Shown: piece by piece, positions 18,935-27,965 of the stretch
How the letters are laid out: every line of letters starts with the position of its first letter
Position numbering within the stretch: position 1 is the stretch's first letter
Source of the DNA: a virus
Length of the DNA: 64,000 nt
Reading direction: 5' to 3' (one strand)
Virus record (IMG/VR): IMGVR_UViG_3300045988_148900
Span: 32,001-96,000 of that record
The notes under the pieces: generated by a model
Told to the model about the DNA's origin: nothing
The model's database searches: none
Seen by the model: only the letters and a program-made list of their open reading frames with translations
Program-made: the position numbers and the translations under genes

Positions 18935-19702
18935 CTAACCAACATAAGTCCTGCTCGTGCAGGGAGTAATATACATAACACCATCTGAGTCAAGTAAGCC
19001 ATTGAAACCTGCCGCCACGGACGCAGACGACCCACAAGGACGACCGCCAAAAGTGAAGCCTACAACCTCCCCGGACTCACCCCGAACGAATAAACGTGAC
19101 GCCTTATTCGGAACCGTGACAGACGACGTCGGAACAAACGGAACCCACGTCTTCTTATCCCAAGACATCTCAATAGGATAACCACCCCAGATAATCTGCA
19201 TAGCAACCTCCTTGCCCCAAGCATCCTCTAAAGAGACAGGAACAAAGTTGCTATGAAAAGACACAGAATAAATAGCAAGAGAGTCTATAAAATCCCTACG
19301 CTCAGGGTAAACCAAACACTCAATAACACCCTGAGAATCTCGATTTATAGGCTTCACGGCAGAAACAGAGTAGACAAGACCGTCAAGCAAAAACCGATCA
19401 TCAAGCATAGGAAGCCGAGGTAAACCTGTACACGACATGTAGATAACCCACGGAATAATATCGCCATCCTGAACCATAGCGTCGTCGCCAAAAGACTCCT
19501 GAACATAAAACATGTCCGGATTCTTCTTAACAATACACTGCTTCAAGACCCGAGCCTCCTCATGAGAGTGACCATCCTGATAAATGTCAAACTCAGTACA
19601 GTTGACTATAAAGATACAATCACGCCGAAGCGGATGCCGGGAAATCCGAACATCCGCCATCTTAGCAGTATATTGCTCTAAAGCACTAAGTCGAGCGTCC
19701 AT
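18935..19702 (-). CDS. hypothetical neck/head-completion-module protein
   Basis: 255 aa, ATG 19702, conserved box 19 nt upstream. Confidence 0.5.
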   Translation of the reverse strand: MDARLSALEQYTAKMADVRISRHPLRRDCIFIVNCTEFDIYQDGHSHEEARVLKQCIVKKNPDMFYVQESFGDDAMVQDGDIIPWVIYMSCTGLPRLPMLDDRFLLDGLVYSVSAVKPINRDSQGVIECLVYPERRDFIDSLAIYSVSFHSNFVPVSLEDAWGKEVAMQIIWGGYPIEMSWDKKTWVPFVPTSSVTVPNKASRLFVRGESGEVVGFTFGGRPCGSSASVAAGFNGLLDSDGVMYITPCTSRTYVG

Positions 19703-19721
19703 GCACAGATCCGAATTTCTT

Positions 19722-19735
19722 GGATATATAATTGC
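19722..19735 (-). promoter_or_regulatory. conserved phage box GGATATATAATTGC, putative late promoter
   Basis: 19 nt upstream of ATG 19702, in an intergenic spacer. Confidence 0.55.
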
Positions 19736-19850
19736 AGAACCGCCGAAGCAAACGACCTATAAAAACAACAACGTCGCAAAGAATCCACAGTACTGCAATA
19801 ATAGGAATTAAGTACATGAAAACACCTATAATAAAGTCTGCCCACATAAC

Positions 19851-20174
19851 CTACTTCGTGTCTAAAGGTTGCAAGGCTTCTAAAATAGTATCACAACCAA
19901 AAAATACAACCCTTGAATTGGACCTCAAGTGCTTCGAATGACGACACAAGGGATAAACATACAAAAAATCCCTAAACTCAATCCACAAATAGTTGCTAAC
20001 ACTAAAACGATATATCTTCGAAGTACTCGCGTCCTGAAAAGTCATTGCAAAGCACACAATTTGAGGACAGAATGCCACAACACGCACTCTAATATCCAAC
20101 TTCCAACCCGAACGCAAATAAAAACCCTTAAGCAAATACTCCGAATCTATCTTGAGATCTGAATAAGATACCAT
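19851..20174 (-). CDS. hypothetical protein, 'SYSDLKID' N-terminal paralog family
   Basis: 107 aa. It begins MVSYSDLKIDSEYLLKGFYLRSGWKLDIRVRVVAFCP... and aligns along its whole length with the 20268-20588 reading frame. Confidence 0.55.
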   Translation of the reverse strand: MVSYSDLKIDSEYLLKGFYLRSGWKLDIRVRVVAFCPQIVCFAMTFQDASTSKIYRFSVSNYLWIEFRDFLYVYPLCRHSKHLRSNSRVVFFGCDTILEALQPLDTK

Positions 20175-20267
20175 AAGATTGTTATTTTACACTCTCTATG
20201 CTCGTCAAACCGACACACTGACGACAATACATCAGATAAATCATCATACACCTGTATAAACAAGACG

Positions 20268-20588
20268 TTAGTTTGAAATCGGGATTAGCATATCCAAAAA
20301 ATCATCACAAAGAAAAGGTACAACCCTCGAATTAGACTTCAATCGTTTCGAACAACGAGATAAAGGATGATTATGAAGATAATCTTCAAAAGAAATAACA
20401 TTATACAGAGTCTTACTAAAAAGACGTCTCCGGCCCGTAGAATCCTCGTAAAAAGTTATCCCCAAACAAACGCTTTCTGGACAGAACGCAACCACGCGTA
20501 CCCTAACATCCAAACGCTCGCTATCTCCAAGATAAAAATCTCAAATCAAATAATATGAATCTATCTTGAGATCAGAATAAGATGCCAT
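20268..20588 (-). pseudogene. paralog of 19851-20174 interrupted by an in-frame TGA (20541-20543)
   Basis: ATG 20588 gives MASYSDLKIDSYYLI*DFYLGDSERLDVRVRVVAFCPESV.... The stop aligns with Lys in the paralog (..SEYLLKGFYL..). The track ORF restarts at a TTG codon at 20513. Confidence 0.55.
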
Positions 20589-20590
20589 AG

Positions 20591-21496
20591 TTAATTGTTA
20601 TAAAAATTTACATACTCAGTCAGCAACTCACGAAGACGCTCAATCACATAGCAATCCTGAAAGTCTAAACACTCCGTATTGCTAACACGCGAATCAGAAA
20701 CCAACTGTGACTCGTCACTCTTATTGAAAGGATAAACATTATCAAACCCCCTCCCAATATCTGGAATGAAATAAGAACCACTTCCAATGTTCACAAAGGT
20801 ATCACCCCAATAAGAAACCTCAATCCCATGAGTATGAGTATAAAGACTCTTTACAACGTCTATGTTGACGACACTTGCATTCCCGAAACGACAACCATTA
20901 GAAATCTTAACTCCCTCCGAAACAAACGAATTGCGACCAATAATAACATCAGAACCTACTGAAGCATTAGCCATAACAACAGTGCCAGATCTAATGATAG
21001 AATTAACACCCACTCGAACATTGGAGCCAAGTTTGCACTTAGACTCTACAACACAACCATGATACAGACAAACCTCAGCACTCAACTCAACATCTGAGCC
21101 CAACAATATGTCGTAGTAGCTTAAAATAGCACTCAACTCCGAAATGGAATCATAGGTAAACCGTTTTTCTGTCTCATCAAACCCTATAATGGAAATGGAA
21201 TTATTACGCTGTACGGGAGTCAATTGATCCAAGACATAATCTCCAGCAACTAAGACACGATCCTCGACATCAAAAGCATCCGAATACTTAATATCCGGAT
21301 ACCTACTAACAACCGTCGACGCAGGAATTCGGCGAATAAGGGACAAGACTGCATCTTCTCCAGAGACCTGAAAAACGAGAACGAGATTCGAATCGAACAG
21401 GCCCGAAGAACCCATACCAACAAGAGTGAAAGAAATCTTGTCGGAAAAAGACTGCATCCGATAAACAGACCCTAAAGTTAAATCATCGTAAGTCAT
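20591..21496 (-). CDS. left-handed beta-helix (hexapeptide-repeat, acyltransferase-like) protein with family N-terminal domain
   Basis: 301 aa. GSNVRVGVNSIIRSGTVVMANASVGSDVIIGRNSFVSEGVKISNGCRFGNASVV is a run of hexapeptide repeats. The N-terminus, MTYDDLTLGSVY, resembles the neighbouring small paralogs. Confidence 0.6.
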   Translation of the reverse strand: MTYDDLTLGSVYRMQSFSDKISFTLVGMGSSGLFDSNLVLVFQVSGEDAVLSLIRRIPASTVVSRYPDIKYSDAFDVEDRVLVAGDYVLDQLTPVQRNNSISIIGFDETEKRFTYDSISELSAILSYYDILLGSDVELSAEVCLYHGCVVESKCKLGSNVRVGVNSIIRSGTVVMANASVGSDVIIGRNSFVSEGVKISNGCRFGNASVVNIDVVKSLYTHTHGIEVSYWGDTFVNIGSGSYFIPDIGRGFDNVYPFNKSDESQLVSDSRVSNTECLDFQDCYVIERLRELLTEYVNFYNN

Positions 21497-21532
21497 AGCC
21501 GCCTAAAATTGAAACAAACTGCCAAAAACAAC

Positions 21533-21847
21533 CTAAAGCTCCTCTAACGAGCTAATCCCAATAGACCCAAAACAAAAAACAGAATCTTCCAATGAAGCAG
21601 AGGAATCAATATCAGTAATGTGGTAATACTGTTCATCCAAATCCGAAATGACATCCTTCCGATAAATAGACATATCAACATGACGCCCACTCATATCTAT
21701 GACATCCGTAGATATGGCAATAAACGGAGATTTACCATCAGATAGAAAACCCACTGCAACAAGATTGACAAGTGCAGGTCGGTCATAACCAACCAACCCA
21801 TGGAAGATATAAGTTCGTCCAACCTTCAAATCTGAAAAAGAAAGCAT
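21533..21847 (-). CDS. hypothetical protein, same N-terminal family (MLSFSDLKVGRTY...)
   Basis: 104 aa. Its N-terminal motif is shared with 19851-20174, 20268-20588 and 20591-21496. Confidence 0.5.
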   Translation of the reverse strand: MLSFSDLKVGRTYIFHGLVGYDRPALVNLVAVGFLSDGKSPFIAISTDVIDMSGRHVDMSIYRKDVISDLDEQYYHITDIDSSASLEDSVFCFGSIGISSLEEL

Positions 21848-21881
21848 AATCGTAGAAAATTAAAAAACCAGAACCCGCCAA

Positions 21882-22097
21882 TCAGTAACCTGCCTTCGTC
21901 TGACGTGTATTAGCAACAAAGTGCTTGTTGGAACCCTTCAAAACAATAGGACCAATAGGCTCCCAATCGCCATTCGACCATACCTTCGTAATTGAACCTT
22001 TGGCATTATGCTCCTTCATAGCCTTCTTAGCAGCAGACAGAGAATGAAAAGTCTCGTGATAACCCGTCTCGTGATTATAAACCGAATAAATCTTCAT
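21882..22097 (-). CDS. hypothetical small protein
   Basis: 71 aa with ordinary, unskewed amino-acid composition. ATG start. Confidence 0.45.
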   Translation of the reverse strand: MKIYSVYNHETGYHETFHSLSAAKKAMKEHNAKGSITKVWSNGDWEPIGPIVLKGSNKHFVANTRQTKAGY

Positions 22098-22207
22098 GAC
22101 TTAAAATGTTATATTAAATTCAACAATCAATCGTAATCCCTATCGATCACAACACAAAGGTAGGAAAATTAATTTTATTCTCCAAATAAAATGAAAAAAG
22201 AGTTGTA

Positions 22208-22525
22208 TTAATTGTGTGTCTCCTCCCGAACCCAAGCTTGCTTGGCCGTATCCCATCGAACAGTATAAAAATACTCCTCATCACCATGAATAGACGTCGT
22301 CAACTCATAATCAGGCAACCGCTGCTTCTGCCAACCCGAGTAAGTAACTGCCAAGAACAAAGTAACCAACAAGGATACCTCAGAACAACTCCAGCGACCT
22401 TGCGCAATAGACAAAACCCGATCAATATCAGGCTCCACAATCTCTGGAAAGCCGTCGTGACCCCGGTAAATATAGACAACATTGGCATACTCGTCTATGA
22501 ATCTAAGAGAAGCACGTGTACTCAT
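22208..22525 (-). CDS. hypothetical protein
   Basis: 105 aa from ATG 22525 (MSTRASLRFIDEY...). This start avoids overlap with the methyltransferase gene. Confidence 0.5.
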   Translation of the reverse strand: MSTRASLRFIDEYANVVYIYRGHDGFPEIVEPDIDRVLSIAQGRWSCSEVSLLVTLFLAVTYSGWQKQRLPDYELTTSIHGDEEYFYTVRWDTAKQAWVREETHN

Positions 22526-22530
22526 GACTG

Positions 22531-23187
22531 TTAAAATAATTGTTGTTGACGCTGATGCCACTCTAATCTCCTAACAGCATCAGCATAATAATCTGAATCA
22601 AGCTCTATGCCAAGCATCTCAAAACCAAGACCGTGGCACGCAATACATATAGAACCACTCCCAAGATGAGTATCCAAAATACGAAAACCCGGCTTAGCGT
22701 AATTATTCAAAACCCACCCATACAATGCGACAGGCTTCTGAGTAGGATGGATACGCTTCTCCTTATGCTTCATGTTACCCTGAAGCATGCCCTGCCAACG
22801 GTAACTAAACATACGAACCGACGACTTAAAAGACGTCCATGCAAGCTCACAATCGGCAAAGTCGTTCACGCCGTTCTGCTTATCCCAAACAAGCCAACAA
22901 GACGAAGGTGGAAGAAGATCGGCAAAGTAATTACCACCCCAGATGATCTGATCCTTGCTGACACGACGAAGCTCCTTAAAGTACTCCGCAGACGGACGCT
23001 CACTATCCCACGACTTGACAGCATAATTAGACGCCTTAGCCAAGACACCTGCTCCACGCGGACGATCCTTCTTAATACCATAAGGAGGATCTACAACCGC
23101 CAAATCAAAAGAGTTATCCGCAAGGCCCCGAAGTACATCCATACAATCTCCGCAGACCAACTCTATATTACCTAACTTAATGCTCAT
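22531..23187 (-). CDS. DNA methyltransferase, N6-adenine/N4-cytosine family (beta class)
   Basis: It carries VVDPPYG (motif IV), HPTQKPVAL, and ILDTHLGSGS (the FxGxG-type SAM motif) near the C-terminus. Confidence 0.85.
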   Translation of the reverse strand: MSIKLGNIELVCGDCMDVLRGLADNSFDLAVVDPPYGIKKDRPRGAGVLAKASNYAVKSWDSERPSAEYFKELRRVSKDQIIWGGNYFADLLPPSSCWLVWDKQNGVNDFADCELAWTSFKSSVRMFSYRWQGMLQGNMKHKEKRIHPTQKPVALYGWVLNNYAKPGFRILDTHLGSGSICIACHGLGFEMLGIELDSDYYADAVRRLEWHQRQQQLF

Positions 23188-23211
23188 TATAAATGCACTG
23201 ACAAAAATAAT

Positions 23212-23457
23212 CTAAAAACAGCCATTCCGGAACCAATACTCATGACCACAATGTCTGCAACAATGAACCTCATCCCAATCGTGAATCGTTCCATCCGGAC
23301 CACCACTCAAATGCTCATTGCAACAAATAGGATATGTCTTAGAACCCACCACATAAAAGTCATCGCCACTCTCATCAAAATAACCACAAGTGGGACATGC
23401 ATATGAACCATACCCAGAAAAAGGTCCGACGATAAGTCTATAGTAGGCAAACCCCAC
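23212..23457 (-). CDS. small zinc-ribbon protein
   Basis: 81 aa with CPTCGYF...CCNEH...CCRHCGHEYW. Confidence 0.5.
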   Translation of the reverse strand: MGFAYYRLIVGPFSGYGSYACPTCGYFDESGDDFYVVGSKTYPICCNEHLSGGPDGTIHDWDEVHCCRHCGHEYWFRNGCF

Positions 23458-23871
23458 AAACGATAAGCACTAAAAGAACCCATGGCGAAAACACTAATTA
23501 AGACATAGAACCTATGGACGATAATCACTCACGCAAGGAATCCTCCGTCTCCTACGCAAGAGCATCATCCAGAAGCGACTCCAAAAGAGAAAGATCAATC
23601 ATAAAAACCATGAATATTAATTGCAAAGATAAACGTAAGAATGCCTTATATCAAGGTGTCAAAATAGTAAAAAAGCATTGATACAGAGATCAATAAACCA
23701 GTAAGTATGCTAAAAATGGAACCATAAGATCAATTAAGGCGAGAGCCGCAAAAAGAAAGCCTAATTTAGAGTAGACACCCCCAATTTGTATCTCCATACC
23801 AATGCAATCATCTATACGTAAAGCCTCAGAGAATATAAAAATAACCCGCAGCATAAAAGCAAAACACGAAG

Positions 23872-25161
23872 CTACTCACAAGAAGCGTATCTAAAAGTAT
23901 AACCTTTTACTGACTGTATCTTACCTGTACAACAGCATACAATAGAAGTGCGATTAATTCCCAATACCGATCCAGCCTCTGCAGAAGACTTAAACTGTGA
24001 AGTAACTCCATCTACAAGACGAGTGGAAATAACCGACTTCCGTCTCTTCGCGCCACAGTCAAAATAATCTGCAGGCAACTCTGACAAAGAAGGAGCTTTA
24101 GCATCATCAGGATACCTGAAAATATACCCCTTACCCTGCTTATAACGACCCAAACAACAACCCGTAATATGAGAAGAACGAACTCCGGTTGCCTTACTTG
24201 CCTCAGACAAAGACGAAAAAACAACAGAGACTCCTGAAGCAATATTTATCGCCTCTACTGATCGCACGCGTGCAGCACAAGCTACCGTGCGCAAAACGTT
24301 GGAATTATTAGCATACGGATCATAACACAATCGCCGGGCAACCTCGTCTAAATCCATAGAACGCAAAAAAATAAACCCGTACACCTTCGGCGGATTACCA
24401 TCCACAGCATCCAAAATGCGAGAAACACGATTCTGAATATCCAACTCCTTAACCAAAACATGTACATTAGGCCAAGACTTAACGAAAGAGCCATCCTTGG
24501 CTGAAAACCCAAATATTTCAAAATCTGAGTCCTTCCGCTTAGGACGCTTATAAACCTTATTCTGAACATCAGAAAGAACCAACAAAGCATCATCAGGACT
24601 ATCTTTATACAGAAATAGATAACCACATACAGATAAAAGCTTCCGCTGACAGCATAACGTAATAGACGCAGAAGCAACACCCAACTTCTCGGATGCTGCC
24701 TTAGCTCCATAAAACTCTCCAACAAACTCTCCAGTAGAAACCCGATAGCAAACCACAGGACGACTCTTGCGACGACGCGTCTCCCCCGACGCACGACGAT
24801 TATGAAGCATTGCTATAACATGATCAGGCTGCTTAAATCCGCTACAACCATCACCTCCCTTAGTGGAATTATAACCATGAAGATATGTATCATAAAAGGC
24901 AATCCAATAAATCTCTCGCTCATTTAACCCTTTACTACGAGCTTCTATGGAGTCATAAGATAACCTCTCTAAAATCTCATAATCAAAAGACTCGGGGCCA
25001 TACTTCCGACGCGCATTATCAATAGCACTCCTACCACTCGTATAAGTGGTACCTATTGACAAAAACTGACTATGACGTTCTTCCCCATCACCTATAGCCT
25101 GACCAACATAAGACCTCCCAGAAACCTTACAGGTGTACTTATAAATTATACCCTCAAACAT
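23872..25161 (-). CDS. free-standing GIY-YIG homing endonuclease with repeated NUMOD/IENR-like DNA-binding modules
   Basis: GIIYKYTCKVSGRSYVGQA (GIY..YVG), NEREIYWI (Glu) and GYNSTKGG (Asn) match the catalytic domain. Four C-terminal repeats end in GYLFLY, GFIFLR, GYIFRY and GYTFRY. Confidence 0.85.
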   Translation of the reverse strand: MFEGIIYKYTCKVSGRSYVGQAIGDGEERHSQFLSIGTTYTSGRSAIDNARRKYGPESFDYEILERLSYDSIEARSKGLNEREIYWIAFYDTYLHGYNSTKGGDGCSGFKQPDHVIAMLHNRRASGETRRRKSRPVVCYRVSTGEFVGEFYGAKAASEKLGVASASITLCCQRKLLSVCGYLFLYKDSPDDALLVLSDVQNKVYKRPKRKDSDFEIFGFSAKDGSFVKSWPNVHVLVKELDIQNRVSRILDAVDGNPPKVYGFIFLRSMDLDEVARRLCYDPYANNSNVLRTVACAARVRSVEAINIASGVSVVFSSLSEASKATGVRSSHITGCCLGRYKQGKGYIFRYPDDAKAPSLSELPADYFDCGAKRRKSVISTRLVDGVTSQFKSSAEAGSVLGINRTSIVCCCTGKIQSVKGYTFRYASCE

Positions 25162-25179
25162 AATACTTTAATTATGGCA

Positions 25180-25187
25180 CAAATATA
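25180..25187 (-). promoter_or_regulatory. host-type -7 box TATATTTG (Bacteroidota TAnnTTTG consensus)
   Basis: Plus-strand caaatata lies 18 nt upstream of ATG 25161 of the homing endonuclease and downstream of the MCP terminator. Confidence 0.4.
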
Positions 25188-25220
25188 GTAAAATGTTTGT
25201 GTAATTCAAAATAAAGACAT

Positions 25221-25251
25221 AAAAAAAGTGGAGAACATAAAAGTTCTCCAC
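25221..25251 (-). terminator. intrinsic terminator after the capsid gene
   Basis: Minus strand reads GTGGAGAAC-TTTTAT-GTTCTCCAC, a perfect 9-bp stem, followed by TTTTTTT. Confidence 0.85.
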
Positions 25252-25274
25252 CAAAAAGAAACCGTAAATTAGTA

Positions 25275-26780
25275 CTATACGTAACGAACGGTCAATTTCG
25301 AAATGCAATTGGCCTTGTGCAGCTTATAAGCTTCCATGCTTACCATCGACTGGCGAACGGTAACACCAATAGCTACCTGATCCGTCGGAACCAAAGGTAA
25401 GAAGATACCCATGTACATGACGGCGTCGTACCATTCAGGACCTCGATAGGTCATCATGACAGCATCGTCAGCCCTCCAAGGATCGTAATAGACCTTAAAC
25501 GAACCAAACTGACCGATCTCACGAGCTGCTGACCACTGAGCCTGATAGCGCACAGGCTGGAACCACGTGTTGGGCAGTGACTCAAGGAACGACTTCATGT
25601 TCTTGCCTACAACCAGACGGTTGCCCTCGATACGGCCTGACGCCAGCTCGATCTGCGTAGCATACTGCTTCAGCTGCTGCATCACATTAGCTGCCTGTAC
25701 GTCAAGAGAGATCGACGTCGACTGGGGAATGTTGATCGTTCCGGTAGCTCCGGTAGCGAACGTCCACATGGTGTCGAGAATGTAACGAACCTGATACTGA
25801 TACATGAGGTTCAGTACGCGCTTCGTGTTCTCGGTGCGGATGTCGGTGCCGAACTGCGACTTCTTGAGAGCCTCAGCAAAGATGGTCCACTCCATGCCGA
25901 TAGCACGCGGAATGGCACGCATCTCGACCTTCTCGACCTGCTCCTTGACCTTCGGAATGTTCTCCTGAATGGCGTAGTCGAGGTTCCAAACGTAGTTGGC
26001 GTTGATGCACGGAGCCGTCAGAGCACCACCTGCGTCTGCAGCAGCGATGAAGATACCACCCGAGCTAATCAGCATGTACGACGCCGGAGCCTGAGTGGGT
26101 GCCGAAGCCGGAACAAGGTTGATCTTGTCGCCTATAACGCCTGCGGGAATCATCGAAGCCTTCAGCTCCTGACCGTCGTAGATGTCCAGCTTGAACTTGT
26201 CGATGTAGTCGCCCGAAACGTTCAAAGCGAAGTAAGCTGTAACAGCCGTGATGTTGTTAGAAGCGTCAACCTCCAGCTGATCCGACGGAATGGTCTCGCC
26301 GAGAATCTCACCAGTCGGGTAGTAACCATTGATCTGACGCATACCCGTAGCGGTCTCAACGGCCTGACCTACAATCGTGGGAGCCTTGTTCGTGCCAGTA
26401 ACGAGTTTCGAGAAGAACAGGAAGGCAAGGTCCTGCGACATGTCCTGAACCGAAATCAGGTCCTTCAGTGGGAAGTCGGGATACCAAGCAGCAACGATGG
26501 GGAATACCTCCGGAACGTAGGGACCGAAGTCACTCATCATGTTGACCTGCTGACCACGAGTGGCGGGAGCGTCAATCGAGTCGCAAACCTTCTCGCACTC
26601 ACGCTTGAAGGTGTTCAGAATACCTGCCTGAATGCCACGATCTTTAACCGAAAGGGCCATGCCATGCTTCTTGGCAAAGGCATCATACCGATTCATGTAT
26701 TCGGTAATACGCTTGCTCTTACGAGTGAGGGCGATACTGTCAGTAACGCGACTCATCTCCTGTGAAATAATATCAGTCAT
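25275..26780 (-). CDS. major capsid protein (putative)
   Basis: 501 aa, directly after the prohead protease gene and followed by the strongest terminator in the window. Its composition is balanced and unskewed. No motif was verified by eye. Confidence 0.55.
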   Translation of the reverse strand: MTDIISQEMSRVTDSIALTRKSKRITEYMNRYDAFAKKHGMALSVKDRGIQAGILNTFKRECEKVCDSIDAPATRGQQVNMMSDFGPYVPEVFPIVAAWYPDFPLKDLISVQDMSQDLAFLFFSKLVTGTNKAPTIVGQAVETATGMRQINGYYPTGEILGETIPSDQLEVDASNNITAVTAYFALNVSGDYIDKFKLDIYDGQELKASMIPAGVIGDKINLVPASAPTQAPASYMLISSGGIFIAAADAGGALTAPCINANYVWNLDYAIQENIPKVKEQVEKVEMRAIPRAIGMEWTIFAEALKKSQFGTDIRTENTKRVLNLMYQYQVRYILDTMWTFATGATGTINIPQSTSISLDVQAANVMQQLKQYATQIELASGRIEGNRLVVGKNMKSFLESLPNTWFQPVRYQAQWSAAREIGQFGSFKVYYDPWRADDAVMMTYRGPEWYDAVMYMGIFLPLVPTDQVAIGVTVRQSMVSMEAYKLHKANCISKLTVRYV

Positions 26781-26818
26781 AAGATAAAAACTTAAAAAAA
26801 AATGTTAATAACCAAAAT

Positions 26819-27526
26819 CTAACGAACTCCAAGACTCCGACTAACACGGTCCTTCAGCCGCTCTAAGTCCGAAATAACCTTGCTAATGTCCGCCAATAAA
26901 TGATCGGGATTATAAGCATCGTCTACAGAATCTCGTAACTGATACATCTGCACAGCTTCTCTGAACAGCGGGGACGCCATAAGAGAATCCGAAACTTTCT
27001 CCAACCGAATATCCTCAAAGTTGGGCGACCGAACAAGATCCCATGTAATAACATAGTAGTTGTTCTCATCCAAGTACTCCGAAATGGAGTCCTCCAGATA
27101 GTCACCCAAAGCACGAGTGCTACAACCCGGACGGAAGCCTACGTCGACAAGAGCCTTGATAGCACAACCATCCTCGTTATTAAGCAACCCGCAGTCAATG
27201 TATGGATCATGTGAGGAATCATCAACCCACGCACGCAGCACAATATGCGACGCCTTATTCAAAGGAGTACGCATGTACTCAGAATCATCAAGTGGATGCT
27301 CAATCATCCCAAGCATATCACGACCCTCAACTCGCTGCTGAAGCTGAGAATCGTTCACCACCTTATCCCAAAAACCCTTACGATACCGATAACCCTTCTG
27401 ACTCCGAACGTCACTATGGGACGCCGCACCACGAATAATAGGAATCTTCACTCCCGTGGTGGGATCCTCCTTCGAGTCGACAACCCGGAAAGAACTGCGG
27501 TACGTAGATAAAACTTTGTTAAGCAT
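26819..27526 (-). CDS. prohead protease, T4 gp21-like (putative)
   Basis: 235 aa. GMIEHP resembles the GELDHP His motif, and CSTRALG resembles the Ser motif of gp21-type proteases. It lies immediately upstream of the MCP gene, with the box 17 nt upstream. Confidence 0.5.
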   Translation of the reverse strand: MLNKVLSTYRSSFRVVDSKEDPTTGVKIPIIRGAASHSDVRSQKGYRYRKGFWDKVVNDSQLQQRVEGRDMLGMIEHPLDDSEYMRTPLNKASHIVLRAWVDDSSHDPYIDCGLLNNEDGCAIKALVDVGFRPGCSTRALGDYLEDSISEYLDENNYYVITWDLVRSPNFEDIRLEKVSDSLMASPLFREAVQMYQLRDSVDDAYNPDHLLADISKVISDLERLKDRVSRSLGVR

Positions 27527-27543
27527 CTCTGAAAAAGTTTAAG

Positions 27544-27557
27544 GGATATATAATTGC
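27544..27557 (-). promoter_or_regulatory. conserved phage box GGATATATAATTGC, putative late promoter
   Basis: 17 nt upstream of ATG 27526. Confidence 0.55.
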
Positions 27558-27567
27558 TTAGAGTGTC

Positions 27568-27936
27568 CTAAGGCTGCACCGCCGGAGCAACTGCCCACGG
27601 CAAGTAGATAACCTGATTAATGCCCTCCGGAACAAGAGTCCCCTCGATAGCAACATAGCCGTCAGCCTCGGCCTTATAAGACACCTCCTCGCCCGACTTC
27701 AGAATCGCAACCGCACGATCCTCAGTACTCTCGTAAGCAACTCTCGAAATCGTAACCTTGAAACCCGCAGGAATGGCTCCCAGAGAACTCTGGAAAACAA
27801 CCGCCGTCTGAGGCTCCTCGAAAGTAGCACCAGCCTTGCCTGCAAGAATCGAAATGTTGTATGCCATAACGTCCAGCATAGCAACAGGCGACGTGAAACG
27901 ATCGCGCTCCATGCGCCGCAATTTTTGATCTGCCAT
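27568..27936 (-). CDS. hypothetical head-module protein, paralog of the N-terminal domain of 27966-28811
   Basis: 122 aa. MADQKLRRMERDRFTSPVAMLDVMAYNISILAG.. aligns with MAQLKSMIRTQFTSPVAMMDVIASNVKVLAA.. along its whole length. Confidence 0.6.
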   Translation of the reverse strand: MADQKLRRMERDRFTSPVAMLDVMAYNISILAGKAGATFEEPQTAVVFQSSLGAIPAGFKVTISRVAYESTEDRAVAILKSGEEVSYKAEADGYVAIEGTLVPEGINQVIYLPWAVAPAVQP

Positions 27937-27965
27937 AACTAACTATAAAATTAAAAAGTGAAAAA

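Noticed and set aside
1-19702. First impression of a crAss-like podovirus (unidirectional genes, Bacteroidota-like signals)
   Set aside because: A gp25/W-like wedge protein, a gpV-like spike, tube paralogs and a sheath-sized gene indicate a contractile tail. No giant virion RNAP-like ORFs are in the window.
23458-23871. A 414-bp spacer scanned for a tRNA or other structured RNA. It holds a 19-codon ORF (MVFMIDLSLLESLLDDALA) next to a weak box-like sequence, tgaatattaattgc
   Set aside because: No cloverleaf-compatible stems or conserved tRNA boxes were seen by eye. The mini-ORF and the 4-mismatch box are too weak to call. tRNAscan or Infernal would be needed.
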